Virus record (IMG/VR): IMGVR_UViG_3300036794_000060 | Location: 1 to 56,673 of that record | DNA: 56,673 bases | Strand: one strand, 5' to 3' | DNA from: a virus | Taxonomy: Duplodnaviria > Caudoviricetes | In this document: in pieces, positions 1 to 10,449 of the stretch | How positions within the stretch are numbered: position 1 is the stretch's first letter | Layout: every line of letters begins with the position of its first letter | Notes under the pieces: model-generated | The model's database searches: none | Told to the model about the DNA's origin: nothing | Seen by the model: only the letters and a program-made list of their open reading frames with translations | Position numbers and translations under genes: made by a program

Positions 1-327
1 GGACGTTTGTGGTGTCCACGGATTCACCGCGTCATACACCGCGCTCAACGTCTCAACGTTTTTGATACGCACCCCCCTGAACAGCCGCACCCGCGTACCG
101 AAAGGAGCCAGTAGTGAAGTCATCCCGGTGGGGGTGAGGGTGCCGTCCGTGTCCACCAGCTCGAATTGGAATGTTCGTAATTGCGCGGCTGTGCGGTCGG
201 CGGTCACCGACCCGGCATGCACCGGGAGGGTGGCGACGACTTTCCCGTTTTGGACGGCTTGGACGACAACAACGGCTGTGTGGTTGTTTTGGACTGTCGC
301 GGCGAATGCGTTGGAGAATCCCTGCAC
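1..327 (-). CDS. Minor tail protein (DUF5047-like), runs off the window edge
   Basis: Hand-translated from GTG at 327 (AAGGAC upstream): MQGFSNAFAATVQ...SLLAPFGTRVRLFRGVR; open to position 1; follows the tape measure and another tail gene. Confidence 0.6.
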   Translation of the reverse strand, partial: MQGFSNAFAATVQNNHTAVVVVQAVQNGKVVATLPVHAGSVTADRTAAQLRTFQFELVDTDGTLTPTGMTSLLAPFGTRVRLFRGVRIKNVETLSAVYDAVNPWTPQTS

Positions 328-336
328 CGGGTGTCC

Positions 337-1995
337 TTAATAGAAGTCGGGTGGTCCGACTTGGGTCATGGTTAGTTTGCGGCGACGCCAGAATGTGACT
401 GTTGGGTCACCAGGAACGGAGTTGTACATTTCCTGGGTGTCCTGGCTGGTGGCGCCGGGACCGGTCACGACCCACAGTTGGGTCCCATCCGGTAGCTGCA
501 ACAACAATGTGTTTCCCGACCGGTCGAGTTCGTCGACTGGCGCCCACAGCGTCATTGGTGTATTCGGATCGTTTTCGATGAAGATCAGCTCGAATGTGTA
601 TTCGTCGCCGTAGTTTGGTCCCGAGACGATGAACGGTAATACTTGGGTGCCGGCGCCGCCGAGTAGTTGGAAGGTTCCCATCATGCGACGTTTGGTGATT
701 TTGATTCCGTCTTCGCTTTGTTTCGGCGCCGCGATCGGTAGCACCGTGTTCAAAATCGGGTTCGACGGGTCTTTCAACCACGGCTGATCACCGACCGGTG
801 TTACCGACAAAGTCGTCGATGGAGCCGCCGCCGCGGCTAGCGGGGAACCGCCGTAAGCCAACACGTAATACTGTGACGTGGTGTTCAACGGCGCCACGTA
901 ATCGTATTTGGTGATCGAGCTCATGCCTTGCGCCGGCACATACGTCAAACTCGGGATAGGAGTCCAACTCAAACCGCCGTCACGACTGGCATAAACAGTG
1001 AACGCGACAGTAGCCGGTGAGGTCCCACCCGGCGCGAACGTCAACGCGACACGATTATTTACCGCGTCGAATACACAGGACGAGAGCACCGCGTTCGCTG
1101 GCGGTGACGACACCGAACGAGTCCAAGTAGTTGATCCAATAGCTGAGAGGAAACTACCCGGACCGGCCCACTGGGACTCTGCCTGGACGTACGCAACGTA
1201 TTGACCGTTGGTGAGGTCGATATTCATTGTCCATTGCAGGGTTTCACCCAGGACGAATCCGTTGGTGCCGTCGATGGGTGTGGTGGTGAACGGGACAAAA
1301 CCTAGCGCTGTGGTTTGCGCATAGGTGTACACCGCAACCTGATAGCCTTGTTGGGGTTGGCTGTCCGCCGAAAAGTATGTCCACGTAATCGTCGGCTGAG
1401 TAGTTGTCACGGTCCCTGTTGGTCCAGTGACGGTGACGGATGATTCTTGTTGGTAGGTGATGTCCAAATACACTTCGGACACCAAAATGGGTACGCTGGA
1501 GCTGTCGCCGCGTCCCATCTCGTAGGCGAAGTTCCCCGTTAGTAGGTTCGTCGCCACATTCCAGGCTGAACCGTCCGGCGCGGTCGTTGAGGTGTACACA
1601 GTTTCCGTCACCCACACACCGGTCACAGTGTTTGTGGGTAGCGGGGAGGAGAAGAACGTTGTTGCTGGCGCGGGGGATTGCCCGGCGACAACAACTGTTC
1701 CGCTTAAACATTCGAACCAGTGGAAACACAACGGGATCGGTGGTGGTACACAGCATTGGACGGTGCGGCGAATCCCCACCGAATACACTTGCGCGCCGGT
1801 GGGGATTGAAGGGGTGGGGAATCCGAATTGGATGACTTGCGACGCCAGACGGCAAATCCCCGAAGTCAACTCAACATATTCGGTGTTGGTGCCGCTGGAC
1901 ACAGCCTGCCACCCTGAGGATGCGCCGGTCACAGTCCAGTTACCCAATTGGGGGGAAGATGTTGGCTGGTAAGTGACAGTAGTGAGAGACGTCAC
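337..1995 (-). CDS. Minor tail protein
   Basis: 552 aa, Thr/Ser/Val-rich beta-type composition, directly downstream of the tape measure gene. Confidence 0.7.
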   Translation of the reverse strand: MTSLTTVTYQPTSSPQLGNWTVTGASSGWQAVSSGTNTEYVELTSGICRLASQVIQFGFPTPSIPTGAQVYSVGIRRTVQCCVPPPIPLCFHWFECLSGTVVVAGQSPAPATTFFSSPLPTNTVTGVWVTETVYTSTTAPDGSAWNVATNLLTGNFAYEMGRGDSSSVPILVSEVYLDITYQQESSVTVTGPTGTVTTTQPTITWTYFSADSQPQQGYQVAVYTYAQTTALGFVPFTTTPIDGTNGFVLGETLQWTMNIDLTNGQYVAYVQAESQWAGPGSFLSAIGSTTWTRSVSSPPANAVLSSCVFDAVNNRVALTFAPGGTSPATVAFTVYASRDGGLSWTPIPSLTYVPAQGMSSITKYDYVAPLNTTSQYYVLAYGGSPLAAAAAPSTTLSVTPVGDQPWLKDPSNPILNTVLPIAAPKQSEDGIKITKRRMMGTFQLLGGAGTQVLPFIVSGPNYGDEYTFELIFIENDPNTPMTLWAPVDELDRSGNTLLLQLPDGTQLWVVTGPGATSQDTQEMYNSVPGDPTVTFWRRRKLTMTQVGPPDFY

Positions 1996-2030
1996 AGATC
2001 CCCCTATTTAGGTATAAGTAAAATGGGACC

Positions 2031-2061
2031 GGCCGACCCCAAAATAAAAGTGGGGTCGGCC
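2031..2061. terminator. Stem-loop between tape measure and minor tail genes
   Basis: GGCCGACCCC-N11-GGGGTCGGCC inverted repeat. Confidence 0.45.
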
Positions 2062-2067
2062 GACTAT

Positions 2068-5000
2068 CTATCCGCGTTGTTGACCGATCGAATTAGCGAG
2101 AGTGACCATTTTCGCGTCGATCTGGCCGTCGATCTGACCCTGCAACTGTTGACCACCAACGGACACAGTGATTTGACCGATCGTCACGGTGGGGGTCATC
2201 GACACCATCCCCGCACTACCGGAGGTGGTTTGATAGTATTCCGCGCCGGACCCAGCCGGCGGTAACAAACCTTCCCCACCCAGGGTGGACTGCGCTAACG
2301 CCGAACCAAACTTCGGCACCGTCAACGCCGTAAACTGACTTGATTGCAACACTGTTTGCGCGCCAGTCACAACGTTCTGCGCCCACGCGTAGCCGATCAT
2401 CAAACCGTAATCCTGCGCGATCGGAGTCACACCATTGCTGGCGGCGATAATCCCCGCACCGAACCCACCCGAAAGTGTTTGGTTATAGACACCCTGGATA
2501 GCGCTGTTGGTGGCGGACACGGCGGATTGGATTAACTGACCCGCCGCCGAAGCGACCTGCGACGAAGAATCCCTCAAACCAATCTCAAGACCTTCACCCA
2601 TCCACTCACCGATCTGCATCATCACCGTCGAAGGTGAATGCGAACCCGACGCACCCGCCGCACCCGCAGCACCCGCACTCGCAGCCGCGGCACCAGCCGC
2701 GTGAGCTTGACCCGTCGTATGGCCAATCCCCGAAGCCAACGCGGTACCACCCGCCGTACCAGCCTTACCCATCCCAGAAGTAGCCGCCGCGTTCGCCGCC
2801 ACCGACGCACCCGCAACAGCACCAGACACAGACGCCATACCCGGCATAGCGGCATGCATCGCCACCATACTTTGGGTTGTTTTGGAAAGGTTTTTACCCA
2901 ACCCATTCATGCTGTCCGACGACTTATTCGCCGCCTGACCAACATTCGAAAACGACTGCGCCAACGCATTATTTTGCGTCTGATGCTGCGCCGGCGTTCG
3001 CGGTGTTTGTTGTTGCTGTTTCGGTGTGGTCGTTTGGATCGACTTCGCCAACGAATTATTCGCCGTTGTTGTTGTCCTCGCCGTATTCGTGACAGTGTTC
3101 AACGCTTGGGTGTATCTACCCAAATCCTGCGCCGACGCCATCGCACGACCCGGACCCATCGGAGCCGCCGCTGTCGCTGGTGTTGGTGCCGCTGGTAACG
3201 CACGTCCAAATACGGAATACGGCGACGTCGGTGTAGACGTCTTCGCAATACTTGTGACATCCCCAACAACCTTCCCGAACGCCGCACCGGTTGTTGGTGT
3301 CCCCGGCGCTGTAGGTGCCTGCGCTTTCGGACCGAGCGGATCATTCAACGCGTGATAGGAAAGCGGTTGATGGGTTGTGTCGTCTAACACCGCACCGGTA
3401 GTGGTGTCCATCGTGTAGAAGCCTTTTTCGGCAGCCACCTTACCGTGATACGCAATAGTAGGATCAAACGCGTGGGTGACAACGTTCGGTGTTGCATGAA
3501 GACCGGCATAATCGGCGGCGCCGAACGCCGGAGACGGAGAGCTTTTCGCGGCGGCGATCGCCGCTTCATGGCGAGCCGCGTTCAATCCCTGGGTGGTTTG
3601 CAACATAGTTGGGGGAGGAGGAATAACATAACCATCAGAAGCTTTCCCCCCACCACCTGGTGGTTGAGGTGGCGCCGGACGAGCTCCCCCACCACCGGGT
3701 GTTTGACCCGTCGACGGACCTTGCGCACCTCCGGACAACTCCGCCGAGGTTTGCGCCGCCGGAGTAGCAGTATCCAAACCGAGTCCCTGCTGGATATACT
3801 GCGGAATCGGCTGGAACGGCGCCGAAAACCCAGGACCCGGTCCGGCAGCGCGTTTCGCCGCCGCACCAGCCGCCTGCAAACCACCGCCTTGGTTCCCGGC
3901 GAATCTTCCACTATCCCCACCGACGAGCGCGCCGTGAGTTACCGGAACCGGCGGAGGAGCAGCCTTCGGCGGAGGTGGCGGAGCAGGAGGAGCAGCGGGT
4001 GGTGGAGCACCGCCCGGCGGTGTGAACACGTAACCCGGGTCGATCGCGTGTCCGAAAGCGTCCTCACCGAACGTTGTCGTACCCACACCACCACCAGGAC
4101 TATCCTGAACAGAGGTGGTATCCAACCAGCCACCATCCGCACTTGGCATCCGCGAATGCGTCTGAGTGGGACCACCCGGCGTCGAAGTGTAATCACTGAC
4201 CCCCACGCCATACGGGGTATTGATGACATTCTGGAATCTAGTTGTTCCGCTGGAATCCCGGGAACCCGCGAACGTTCCACCCGGACCAACAACCGTCTTA
4301 GAAGCTGCGCCCGTACCCGGTGGGAGCACACCCTGATCCACATCCGGGATCGGCAACCCCGCGCCTCCCGGTGTTTCCCCGCCGCCGAACAGTTTTTCGA
4401 GACCAGTTCCGGCGGCGGCCAAACCACCAAGGATCGGCATTCCGGTGACCGCGGACAACGCCTGGCCAACCGGACTGCTCAACGCATGCATGACCCCGCC
4501 GGCTGTGTCCTTAACTTTCTGCGCCGCCGCCGGATGCGCCTCAGCGAGAGCATTCATCGCGCCATAAGCGGCACCTAGACCACCACCGACAGCAGCGCCG
4601 ACCGGGTCACCACCGGAAAGCAACAATCCCATCGAAGCGCCATACCCGGTGTCCTGCAACATGCCGCCAGCAGTGGGGTAACCCGCCTGTTCAAGCTTTT
4701 CCCCGGCGAAAGAAATACCCTCCCCGAGGATGGCACCCCCGAGACCGGCGCCCTTGATCGGCACCCGCTCACCTTCACCGATCTCACCGGTCTTCTCATC
4801 CAACACACCCGGTTTGGTGTACTTCAACGTAGACGCAGCCAACGCACCCAACCCCCCGCCGAAAAACCCAGCAGTAGGGTCCATACCTTGACTCTGCTCA
4901 TACGCACCGGCACCCATCAAGACAGCGCCGATACCGGCACCGACCATCTTGTTGACGAGTCCTTTACCGCTCATCATCGCGCCAGCAATAGCGCCATCAA

Positions 5001-6786
5001 TAGCGGACTGCCCAGCTGGACCCCCACCGGGACCGATCGCACCCGCAACATTCCCCAACACAGTACCCAGGACACCACCGGAAGTAATAGCGCCGGAGAC
5101 CAAACCCGCGATACCCTGCTCAACCTTCGGATCGGACAGCGTGTTACCCAACGCGGTGATACCTTGTACAGCGCCGGGACTAGACAAACCTTGTACGACC
5201 GCGTCACCCAACGATCCCAAACCCTTAATGGCGGGAGCGATCGCCGGTTGCAACCTATCCAATGCTGGTGCGAGTTGATTCACAAAATCCGTGGCGGTGC
5301 TAATGGCGGTGTTCATATTGTCTAGACCGACGTGACCGACCTCGGCACCGAGACTGTCCATCGCCGCACCCAAAGCTCTAAAGGCGTCCGGTTTAACGAG
5401 ACTTTCCGCGTTGCCGTAAATATCACCCAGCGCGATGGTGCGGTTCAAACCGTGATTGAACTGGTCGACAGCTTGGGTTGCTTCCGACCACGGCACCGGC
5501 ATTTGCTTCATCGTCTCGTAGACGGAGCCTAGTCCGACAGCGGCGGTTGCGGCCACGCCGAGGCCGCCGACGAAAGCACCCATCATCCCGAGTGAGCCGA
5601 CTTGACCAGCCGCGTCGAATGCCTCACCACCGGCCTTGTCGAACTCTTTGAAAGGACCACCACCCTTTGGTGGTTTTTTATCCACTGGGGGAACAACTGG
5701 GGGTGTCCCCGGTGGGGGTGGACCGCCAGCGGCTGGGGTCGTGGACCCGGCCAAAGTGATCGGGGGAATATTCTTCGGTAACCCGGCGGAAGGACCGACG
5801 CCGTAACCCTTACCTGGCTTCGTGCCGAGGTCGGTGATGACGGGAATTCCGCTGCCGCCAGCGGTGATGCCGTCGAACGCTCCTCGCGCCTCGGAAACTT
5901 CCGCAAGCTTGTTCCCATAGTTACCGGTCTCACGGGACAAATCGGACATAGCGTCAATAGACTGCCGTGCGTTAGCCGTAAGCGCACGTTGAGCATCAGC
6001 AGCATCATTAACTGCTTTCCCGTGGAAACCGAAATCGCTCCCCGACTTACTCGCCGCGGCGCCGATACTCTGAAGAGACTGTGTTCCGCTCTCCCCGAGA
6101 TCAGCAACAGATTTCCCCAACGAACCGACGCTGTTGTCGACATCTCCAACAGTTTTAGCTACAGAACTCGCGCCGTTATCTACACCACTCAGAGAATCGC
6201 CGAGACGGTCCGCCGCGGATGCGGATGAGGTGATCGCGCCTTCCACCCGGCCGAACGATGCGCGAGCGGACGCACCCACCGAAACCGATGACCGAGCGTT
6301 CGCCTCATTCGCCTCCGTCATCGCATTCACCTGCTGCGCCGTACTAGACACATCAGACCGGATGCTTTGCATCGACTCCGACGAAGTGGACGCTAGAGAC
6401 CGCATACTTGTGCTGGTTTTGGAGAGGTCCGACACCATAGTTCGAAGCGCGCCACCCCCACCGACAGAAACGTCCACATCGGAAACACTGTTGACGGACG
6501 CCGCGAGGGAATCGACGTCTTTCTGCATGTTGCGGACGTCTTCGCGCGCCTCATTCATCCCCGGCGCGGCAACAGCGAATTTGATGTCGCTGCCGCCGAG
6601 GTCGTCCTTCGCGGCCTGCAAACCACGCATCTGCGACATCACAGATGACGCGCCAGGCATCGTGACCGACACCCTGGCCTCAGTGTTCCCGAGGTCGATG
6701 GCCGCGTTTTTCGCGGACTGGGTTGCGGCCACCAAACTGGTACAATCCCCAGTCATAACTAGGTTCATGATGCTTTCGGCGGCCAC
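2068..6786 (-). CDS. Tape measure protein
   Basis: 1572 aa, Ala/Gly-rich, directly after the frameshifted tail chaperone; hydrophobic Gly-zipper segments; C-terminal HSPSTVMMQIGEWMGEGL motif typical of tape measures. Confidence 0.8.
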   Translation of the reverse strand: MAAESIMNLVMTGDCTSLVAATQSAKNAAIDLGNTEARVSVTMPGASSVMSQMRGLQAAKDDLGGSDIKFAVAAPGMNEAREDVRNMQKDVDSLAASVNSVSDVDVSVGGGGALRTMVSDLSKTSTSMRSLASTSSESMQSIRSDVSSTAQQVNAMTEANEANARSSVSVGASARASFGRVEGAITSSASAADRLGDSLSGVDNGASSVAKTVGDVDNSVGSLGKSVADLGESGTQSLQSIGAAASKSGSDFGFHGKAVNDAADAQRALTANARQSIDAMSDLSRETGNYGNKLAEVSEARGAFDGITAGGSGIPVITDLGTKPGKGYGVGPSAGLPKNIPPITLAGSTTPAAGGPPPPGTPPVVPPVDKKPPKGGGPFKEFDKAGGEAFDAAGQVGSLGMMGAFVGGLGVAATAAVGLGSVYETMKQMPVPWSEATQAVDQFNHGLNRTIALGDIYGNAESLVKPDAFRALGAAMDSLGAEVGHVGLDNMNTAISTATDFVNQLAPALDRLQPAIAPAIKGLGSLGDAVVQGLSSPGAVQGITALGNTLSDPKVEQGIAGLVSGAITSGGVLGTVLGNVAGAIGPGGGPAGQSAIDGAIAGAMMSGKGLVNKMVGAGIGAVLMGAGAYEQSQGMDPTAGFFGGGLGALAASTLKYTKPGVLDEKTGEIGEGERVPIKGAGLGGAILGEGISFAGEKLEQAGYPTAGGMLQDTGYGASMGLLLSGGDPVGAAVGGGLGAAYGAMNALAEAHPAAAQKVKDTAGGVMHALSSPVGQALSAVTGMPILGGLAAAGTGLEKLFGGGETPGGAGLPIPDVDQGVLPPGTGAASKTVVGPGGTFAGSRDSSGTTRFQNVINTPYGVGVSDYTSTPGGPTQTHSRMPSADGGWLDTTSVQDSPGGGVGTTTFGEDAFGHAIDPGYVFTPPGGAPPPAAPPAPPPPPKAAPPPVPVTHGALVGGDSGRFAGNQGGGLQAAGAAAKRAAGPGPGFSAPFQPIPQYIQQGLGLDTATPAAQTSAELSGGAQGPSTGQTPGGGGARPAPPQPPGGGGKASDGYVIPPPPTMLQTTQGLNAARHEAAIAAAKSSPSPAFGAADYAGLHATPNVVTHAFDPTIAYHGKVAAEKGFYTMDTTTGAVLDDTTHQPLSYHALNDPLGPKAQAPTAPGTPTTGAAFGKVVGDVTSIAKTSTPTSPYSVFGRALPAAPTPATAAAPMGPGRAMASAQDLGRYTQALNTVTNTARTTTTANNSLAKSIQTTTPKQQQQTPRTPAQHQTQNNALAQSFSNVGQAANKSSDSMNGLGKNLSKTTQSMVAMHAAMPGMASVSGAVAGASVAANAAATSGMGKAGTAGGTALASGIGHTTGQAHAAGAAAASAGAAGAAGASGSHSPSTVMMQIGEWMGEGLEIGLRDSSSQVASAAGQLIQSAVSATNSAIQGVYNQTLSGGFGAGIIAASNGVTPIAQDYGLMIGYAWAQNVVTGAQTVLQSSQFTALTVPKFGSALAQSTLGGEGLLPPAGSGAEYYQTTSGSAGMVSMTPTVTIGQITVSVGGQQLQGQIDGQIDAKMVTLANSIGQQRG

Positions 6787-6789
6787 AAC

Positions 6790-7116
6790 TCACTCCTCGT
6801 TAGTTCCCCGCGTGTCAATCCAATTCCGGATAAATTGGGACACATCGATTTCGTCTGGACGTAGCCACGGCATGATGAAGTTTTCGAACTTCCCGTGGTC
6901 AGGTTTCTGGAACGGTCCAGCTGCTTGCTGCGCGATAAACGCGGTGTAATAGTCCTGGCGGGGACCGCCAATGGGACCGCGGATGTTGTACCACTCCATC
7001 CACTCCAACCAGTCCGGGACAGTGATTGCTCCCAAGAAACTTTCGGCGGAGGGGAAACCCAAAGCGAACGCGAAGTCTAATGCTAGGAGTCGCTCTGGGT
7101 TTCTTCGGAGTTTCCC
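6790..7116 (-). CDS. Tail assembly chaperone, -1 frameshift extension (gpGT-like)
   Basis: -1 frame from the slippery site reads KLRRNPERLLALDFAFALGFPSAESFLGAITVPDWLEWMEWY..., continuous with ORF 6790..7062. Confidence 0.85.
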   Translation of the reverse strand, partial: GKLRRNPERLLALDFAFALGFPSAESFLGAITVPDWLEWMEWYNIRGPIGGPRQDYYTAFIAQQAAGPFQKPDHGKFENFIMPWLRPDEIDVSQFIRNWIDTRGTNEE

Positions 7117-7514
7117 GCTTTTGCCACTTCCCTCGCGGAATTCATGCGGTTACCCGCCGCCACCAAAGTTTGGATGGTGGCGCGACCAAGCAGTCCCAAC
7201 TGAGCTTTAGCGTCCTCAATTTTCGGCCACAACCTATGTCCGTGTTGGTCGCGGATCACATACGCCAGGAAGCGGATGTCGGCGGCTTCTTCATCATATT
7301 TTTTCCGCGCACCATCTTTGTAGGTCCACCCCGATTCGATGCAGGCGGAGAACTCGGCGGCGGTCAACTCCCACACTAAAAACCTTGCGGCTTTACCGCT
7401 GACGGTTTTCCATTCCTCCAAAGTTACAGGTTCTTTCCGCAACGGAGGAGGGGGAGCCAACATCCGCGCGGAGGTGACAAGTTCGAACTCAACTTCTTCT
7501 TCGGCGTTAGACAT
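7083..7514 (-). CDS. Tail assembly chaperone (gpG-like)
   Basis: MSNAEEEVEF... between major tail and tape measure; in-frame G GGA AAC near the 3' end. Confidence 0.85.
   Translation of the reverse strand: MSNAEEEVEFELVTSARMLAPPPPLRKEPVTLEEWKTVSGKAARFLVWELTAAEFSACIESGWTYKDGARKKYDEEAADIRFLAYVIRDQHGHRLWPKIEDAKAQLGLLGRATIQTLVAAGNRMNSAREVAKAGNSEETQSDS
7110..7116 (-). promoter_or_regulatory. Programmed -1 ribosomal frameshift site GGGAAAC
   Basis: X XXY YYZ heptamer in correct phase (GCG GGA AAC = Ala-Gly-Asn); -1 frame is open to 6790. Confidence 0.85.
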
Positions 7515-7554
7515 GTGTACTTTCTGACTAGTGAGAATAGGCGCGGGTGTACGC

Positions 7555-7800
7555 CTATTCTGGGAGGATTTCTTTTTCAAAATAAAACTCCCTTTTACAG
7601 CGGCAATGAACGTGCATAGGTAGTTTTCTGCAATCGTCATTTGCCACGCAGAGGATGCACGCATCCGGGTGTTTAATCACCCGACACCCGGTATGCGTGA
7701 TCTCCTCAGGGTCAAGTCGTCTCGCAACCGTCTGGGTTTGTTCCTTCGGGATAACCCCGACGAAGAAACACTCTGGATCATTCCACGAAGGATGAGTCAT
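7555..7800 (-). CDS. Small Cys/His-rich protein (CxxC...HxHCRC)
   Basis: 81 aa with AGGAG upstream; fills the gap between major tail and chaperone genes. Confidence 0.5.
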   Translation of the reverse strand: MTHPSWNDPECFFVGVIPKEQTQTVARRLDPEEITHTGCRVIKHPDACILCVANDDCRKLPMHVHCRCKREFYFEKEILPE

Positions 7801-7817
7801 GACGGTCAAAAACTCCT

Positions 7818-8597
7818 TTATGCAAGCAAGTTCAAACCACGCGCATACGCACACAACACCTGAACATCAGTTGGTGAACCCGATGTCGTCCATGTGGCTT
7901 GGACGTATTGGTTAATCGTTGTGGTCGATGGCAGCGTGATCCTTTGAGAACCCAAAGTGGATTGCGTTTGGAACGCTTGCAGAGTGGTCCACGTGGCGTT
8001 ATCCGGTGAATGCTGAACCGTCACCGTGACACTGGGGTTTGTTCCCCCGTCGAAAGCCCACACGTGAAGTTCAACCACACCACCAGTTGTGGTTGAACCG
8101 CCGAACCCGACGTTTGAGTCCGCCGCACCGGTTCCTGAAGCCCCCGTTAGTAGATTCTCCGGGGACAACAAAATGAAACCATCGTTATATGCACCGCGGG
8201 CGTCCAACTCCAAGTTGAAGTCGACTGCGTCTTTCAGCTTCGCGGAGATAGAAGCATCAATGATGGACGACGGCTGCATTGTGATCGGCGCACCCGCATT
8301 CAACCCTTCAAGCGCATACCACGCATTGATGGGGGAGGTGATCCCGAACCATTGGTTGAGCTGCCAGTTCAACTTCCCCTTGTCCATGACAGCGAGACCC
8401 TTAATTTTTAAGGTCCCTTCCTGCATGCCGGGGAGGTTGTTCTTTACCCTGGTGCCGAAACCGGACCCGTCGATCTTGTCGGCTTTCCTAGAGTGTTCAA
8501 TATCGTTACCCTGAGCGCTGAATAGGTATTGTTCGATACCCCATTGCGCCTGATATCCAGGATAAAAAGTTGTGACCTGCGCCAGGTCAATAGCCAT
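7818..8597 (-). CDS. Major tail (tube) protein
   Basis: 259 aa; position upstream of the chaperone; tube-like N-terminal part plus beta-rich C-terminal domain. Confidence 0.7.
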   Translation of the reverse strand: MAIDLAQVTTFYPGYQAQWGIEQYLFSAQGNDIEHSRKADKIDGSGFGTRVKNNLPGMQEGTLKIKGLAVMDKGKLNWQLNQWFGITSPINAWYALEGLNAGAPITMQPSSIIDASISAKLKDAVDFNLELDARGAYNDGFILLSPENLLTGASGTGAADSNVGFGGSTTTGGVVELHVWAFDGGTNPSVTVTVQHSPDNATWTTLQAFQTQSTLGSQRITLPSTTTINQYVQATWTTSGSPTDVQVLCAYARGLNLLA

Positions 8598-8600
8598 GAC

Positions 8601-8840
8601 TTACTTCTCCTTGCTTGGATCGCTAAGCGAAACAATTGGTTGAGTAGGAGCTGGCGCAGGAGACTCGATGAGTGGACCCCCACCGTCCGGACCATTCGGG
8701 TCCAGCAGCCACGGGTTATCCATGCGACCCGTGTAAGAGTCCCCGGCCTTCCAATTGGTGCTCTCACCTGATTGCGGGTCGGTGTAGCGGAAATCCCTCA
8801 AAACTTTCCGGGAGCCGTCACCCATTTGTTTTACTGCCAT
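8601..8840 (-). CDS. Small virion-module hypothetical protein
   Basis: MAVKQMGDGSRK... with AAGGAAG RBS. Confidence 0.55.
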   Translation of the reverse strand: MAVKQMGDGSRKVLRDFRYTDPQSGESTNWKAGDSYTGRMDNPWLLDPNGPDGGGPLIESPAPAPTQPIVSLSDPSKEK

Positions 8841-8899
8841 GCCACTTCCTTTTTGGGGACAACAAAGAACCCCACCAGGAGTGGGGAAACAAAAAAGAG

Positions 8900-9307
8900 T
8901 TACGCGAGTACAATCAAAGAAAGCCGCGCACACGTATGCAGAGCCGTTTTAGGGGGTTTCCCCAACATCAACTCGTGAACCGAACCCGACGTCACCTGCG
9001 AATACCCGGTGCCGATCTTCCCATTCAACACAGTCAACAACTCAGACCCCGGAGAAATAAGCTCCCCGACCCGGAGCTGCGCCGCCTCACTGTCCACATA
9101 GCCGACAGTGACCATGACGATGAAGTTCCATTTAGCTGAGCGGGATGTTTGCGCTTCCATGTAGTTGATGGTTTGGTTCGGTGACGGCATGATGATCGCC
9201 ACCGGAGGGGAAGCGGACCGCGGCATGTAGTAGTACACATTCAAATCCGGTTGGAAAGACTTTAACGCTTTACCCAACGCGAACCTGATGTCGTTATAGT
9301 TACCCAC
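8900..9307 (-). CDS. Tail terminator / completion-like protein
   Basis: 135 aa; size and position between head-tail adaptor and major tail. Confidence 0.55.
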   Translation of the reverse strand: MGNYNDIRFALGKALKSFQPDLNVYYYMPRSASPPVAIIMPSPNQTINYMEAQTSRSAKWNFIVMVTVGYVDSEAAQLRVGELISPGSELLTVLNGKIGTGYSQVTSGSVHELMLGKPPKTALHTCARLSLIVLA

Positions 9308-10206
9308 TACACTTTCCTAATGTACGGATTCAGAATCCACGCCGGGTCACACATAAACCGAGGTTTACCCTCAGACATTTGCGCACCCGACCCGTCCATC
9401 GAAATCGCGCCCATAGCCAAAGCCCACGTGTCATGAATACGGGACATCAAAATCAACGCGGCTTGTTTGATGTCTCCTGGCATGCTGTGAATCCCCACAC
9501 CAGACTCATGTGCATACGACAAAGGAGGAACAGTTAGGACATTCCCGTTCACCGCGGTGGGGACGACTTGTTCTAGATAGATACCGTCCTCGATCGTCAA
9601 CAATGTCGGGATCAGACCCGGCGAGGAAGATGTGGGGATAATTCCCGTTGCGTCCTTCACTGTGATGGTGGTGTCCCCAGCGTTCACATCCTCCGCGATG
9701 GTGGAGATGGGGAAACCGTTCACATACGTCCACTCGGCCCACAGTTTTGAGCGTGGCCGCCACGAACTCCCGAGGGGGAGGTTCCCGCTGGAAAACCATG
9801 ATCCGGCCAAAGCTTGTGGGATGGTGATCGACCAGGGTTCTACAATGACGTGGGACAAATCTGTGATTTGGGTGAGGTTGTACACGTTCGGTCCCACGCT
9901 GACGGACACAACTTCGATGATGGGGTCGCCGCGGGTGTGGATGACTAGATTTCCCTCGTCGGAGACAACGACTTGTCCGATTTCTCGGTCGGTGGTGGCC
10001 GCCAAGTTTTGGTTACACAAACCGTTGATCATCGCCGAAATTCTGGCGAGAATCCTCTCCAGCTCGGCGTCTCGATCGGCGGGGGACTCGTTGGGGACGA
10101 GGTGTTTAAGTTCCTGGTAGATGGGGTTACGTTCCAACTCCGCCAACGTCAGATAACTGACCGGGGTCCCCATCGTGGATACAGGGGGAAGAGTAGGAGC
10201 AGTCAT
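9307..10206 (-). CDS. Head-to-tail adaptor
   Basis: N-terminal YLTLAEL, C-terminal MPGDIKQAALILM...ILNPYIR typical of gp6/gp15-like adaptors. Confidence 0.7.
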   Translation of the reverse strand: MTAPTLPPVSTMGTPVSYLTLAELERNPIYQELKHLVPNESPADRDAELERILARISAMINGLCNQNLAATTDREIGQVVVSDEGNLVIHTRGDPIIEVVSVSVGPNVYNLTQITDLSHVIVEPWSITIPQALAGSWFSSGNLPLGSSWRPRSKLWAEWTYVNGFPISTIAEDVNAGDTTITVKDATGIIPTSSSPGLIPTLLTIEDGIYLEQVVPTAVNGNVLTVPPLSYAHESGVGIHSMPGDIKQAALILMSRIHDTWALAMGAISMDGSGAQMSEGKPRFMCDPAWILNPYIRKV

Positions 10207-10215
10207 GTCTGCCTC

Positions 10216-10449
10216 CTAATTACATTCCGATCCGCATCGTGAACACAGTCGGAAATAAGACTGAAAACCACACTCGCACGCAAACCCGCCACGTGTGATA
10301 ACACCGGCGGTGTCGGCCATCGTATAGCCGGCCTCGCGGAGTTGTTTGACCGCTACCGGGTCGGTGACGTTGATTGTCTTCCCGCGGTAGCGGAGACCCC
10401 TCACGTCGACCTCAAGACATTTATCGTCAGGGGACAACAAACGAGGCAC
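10216..10449 (-). CDS. Small Zn-ribbon protein
   Basis: CECGF...CSRCGS at the C-terminus. Confidence 0.65.
   Translation of the reverse strand: MPRLLSPDDKCLEVDVRGLRYRGKTINVTDPVAVKQLREAGYTMADTAGVITRGGFACECGFQSYFRLCSRCGSECN

Noticed and set aside
2622-6949. Long alternative-frame ORFs such as 3445..4578 and 6134..6949
   Set aside because: Antisense or frame shadows of the GC-rich tape measure gene, with Arg-rich uninformative translations
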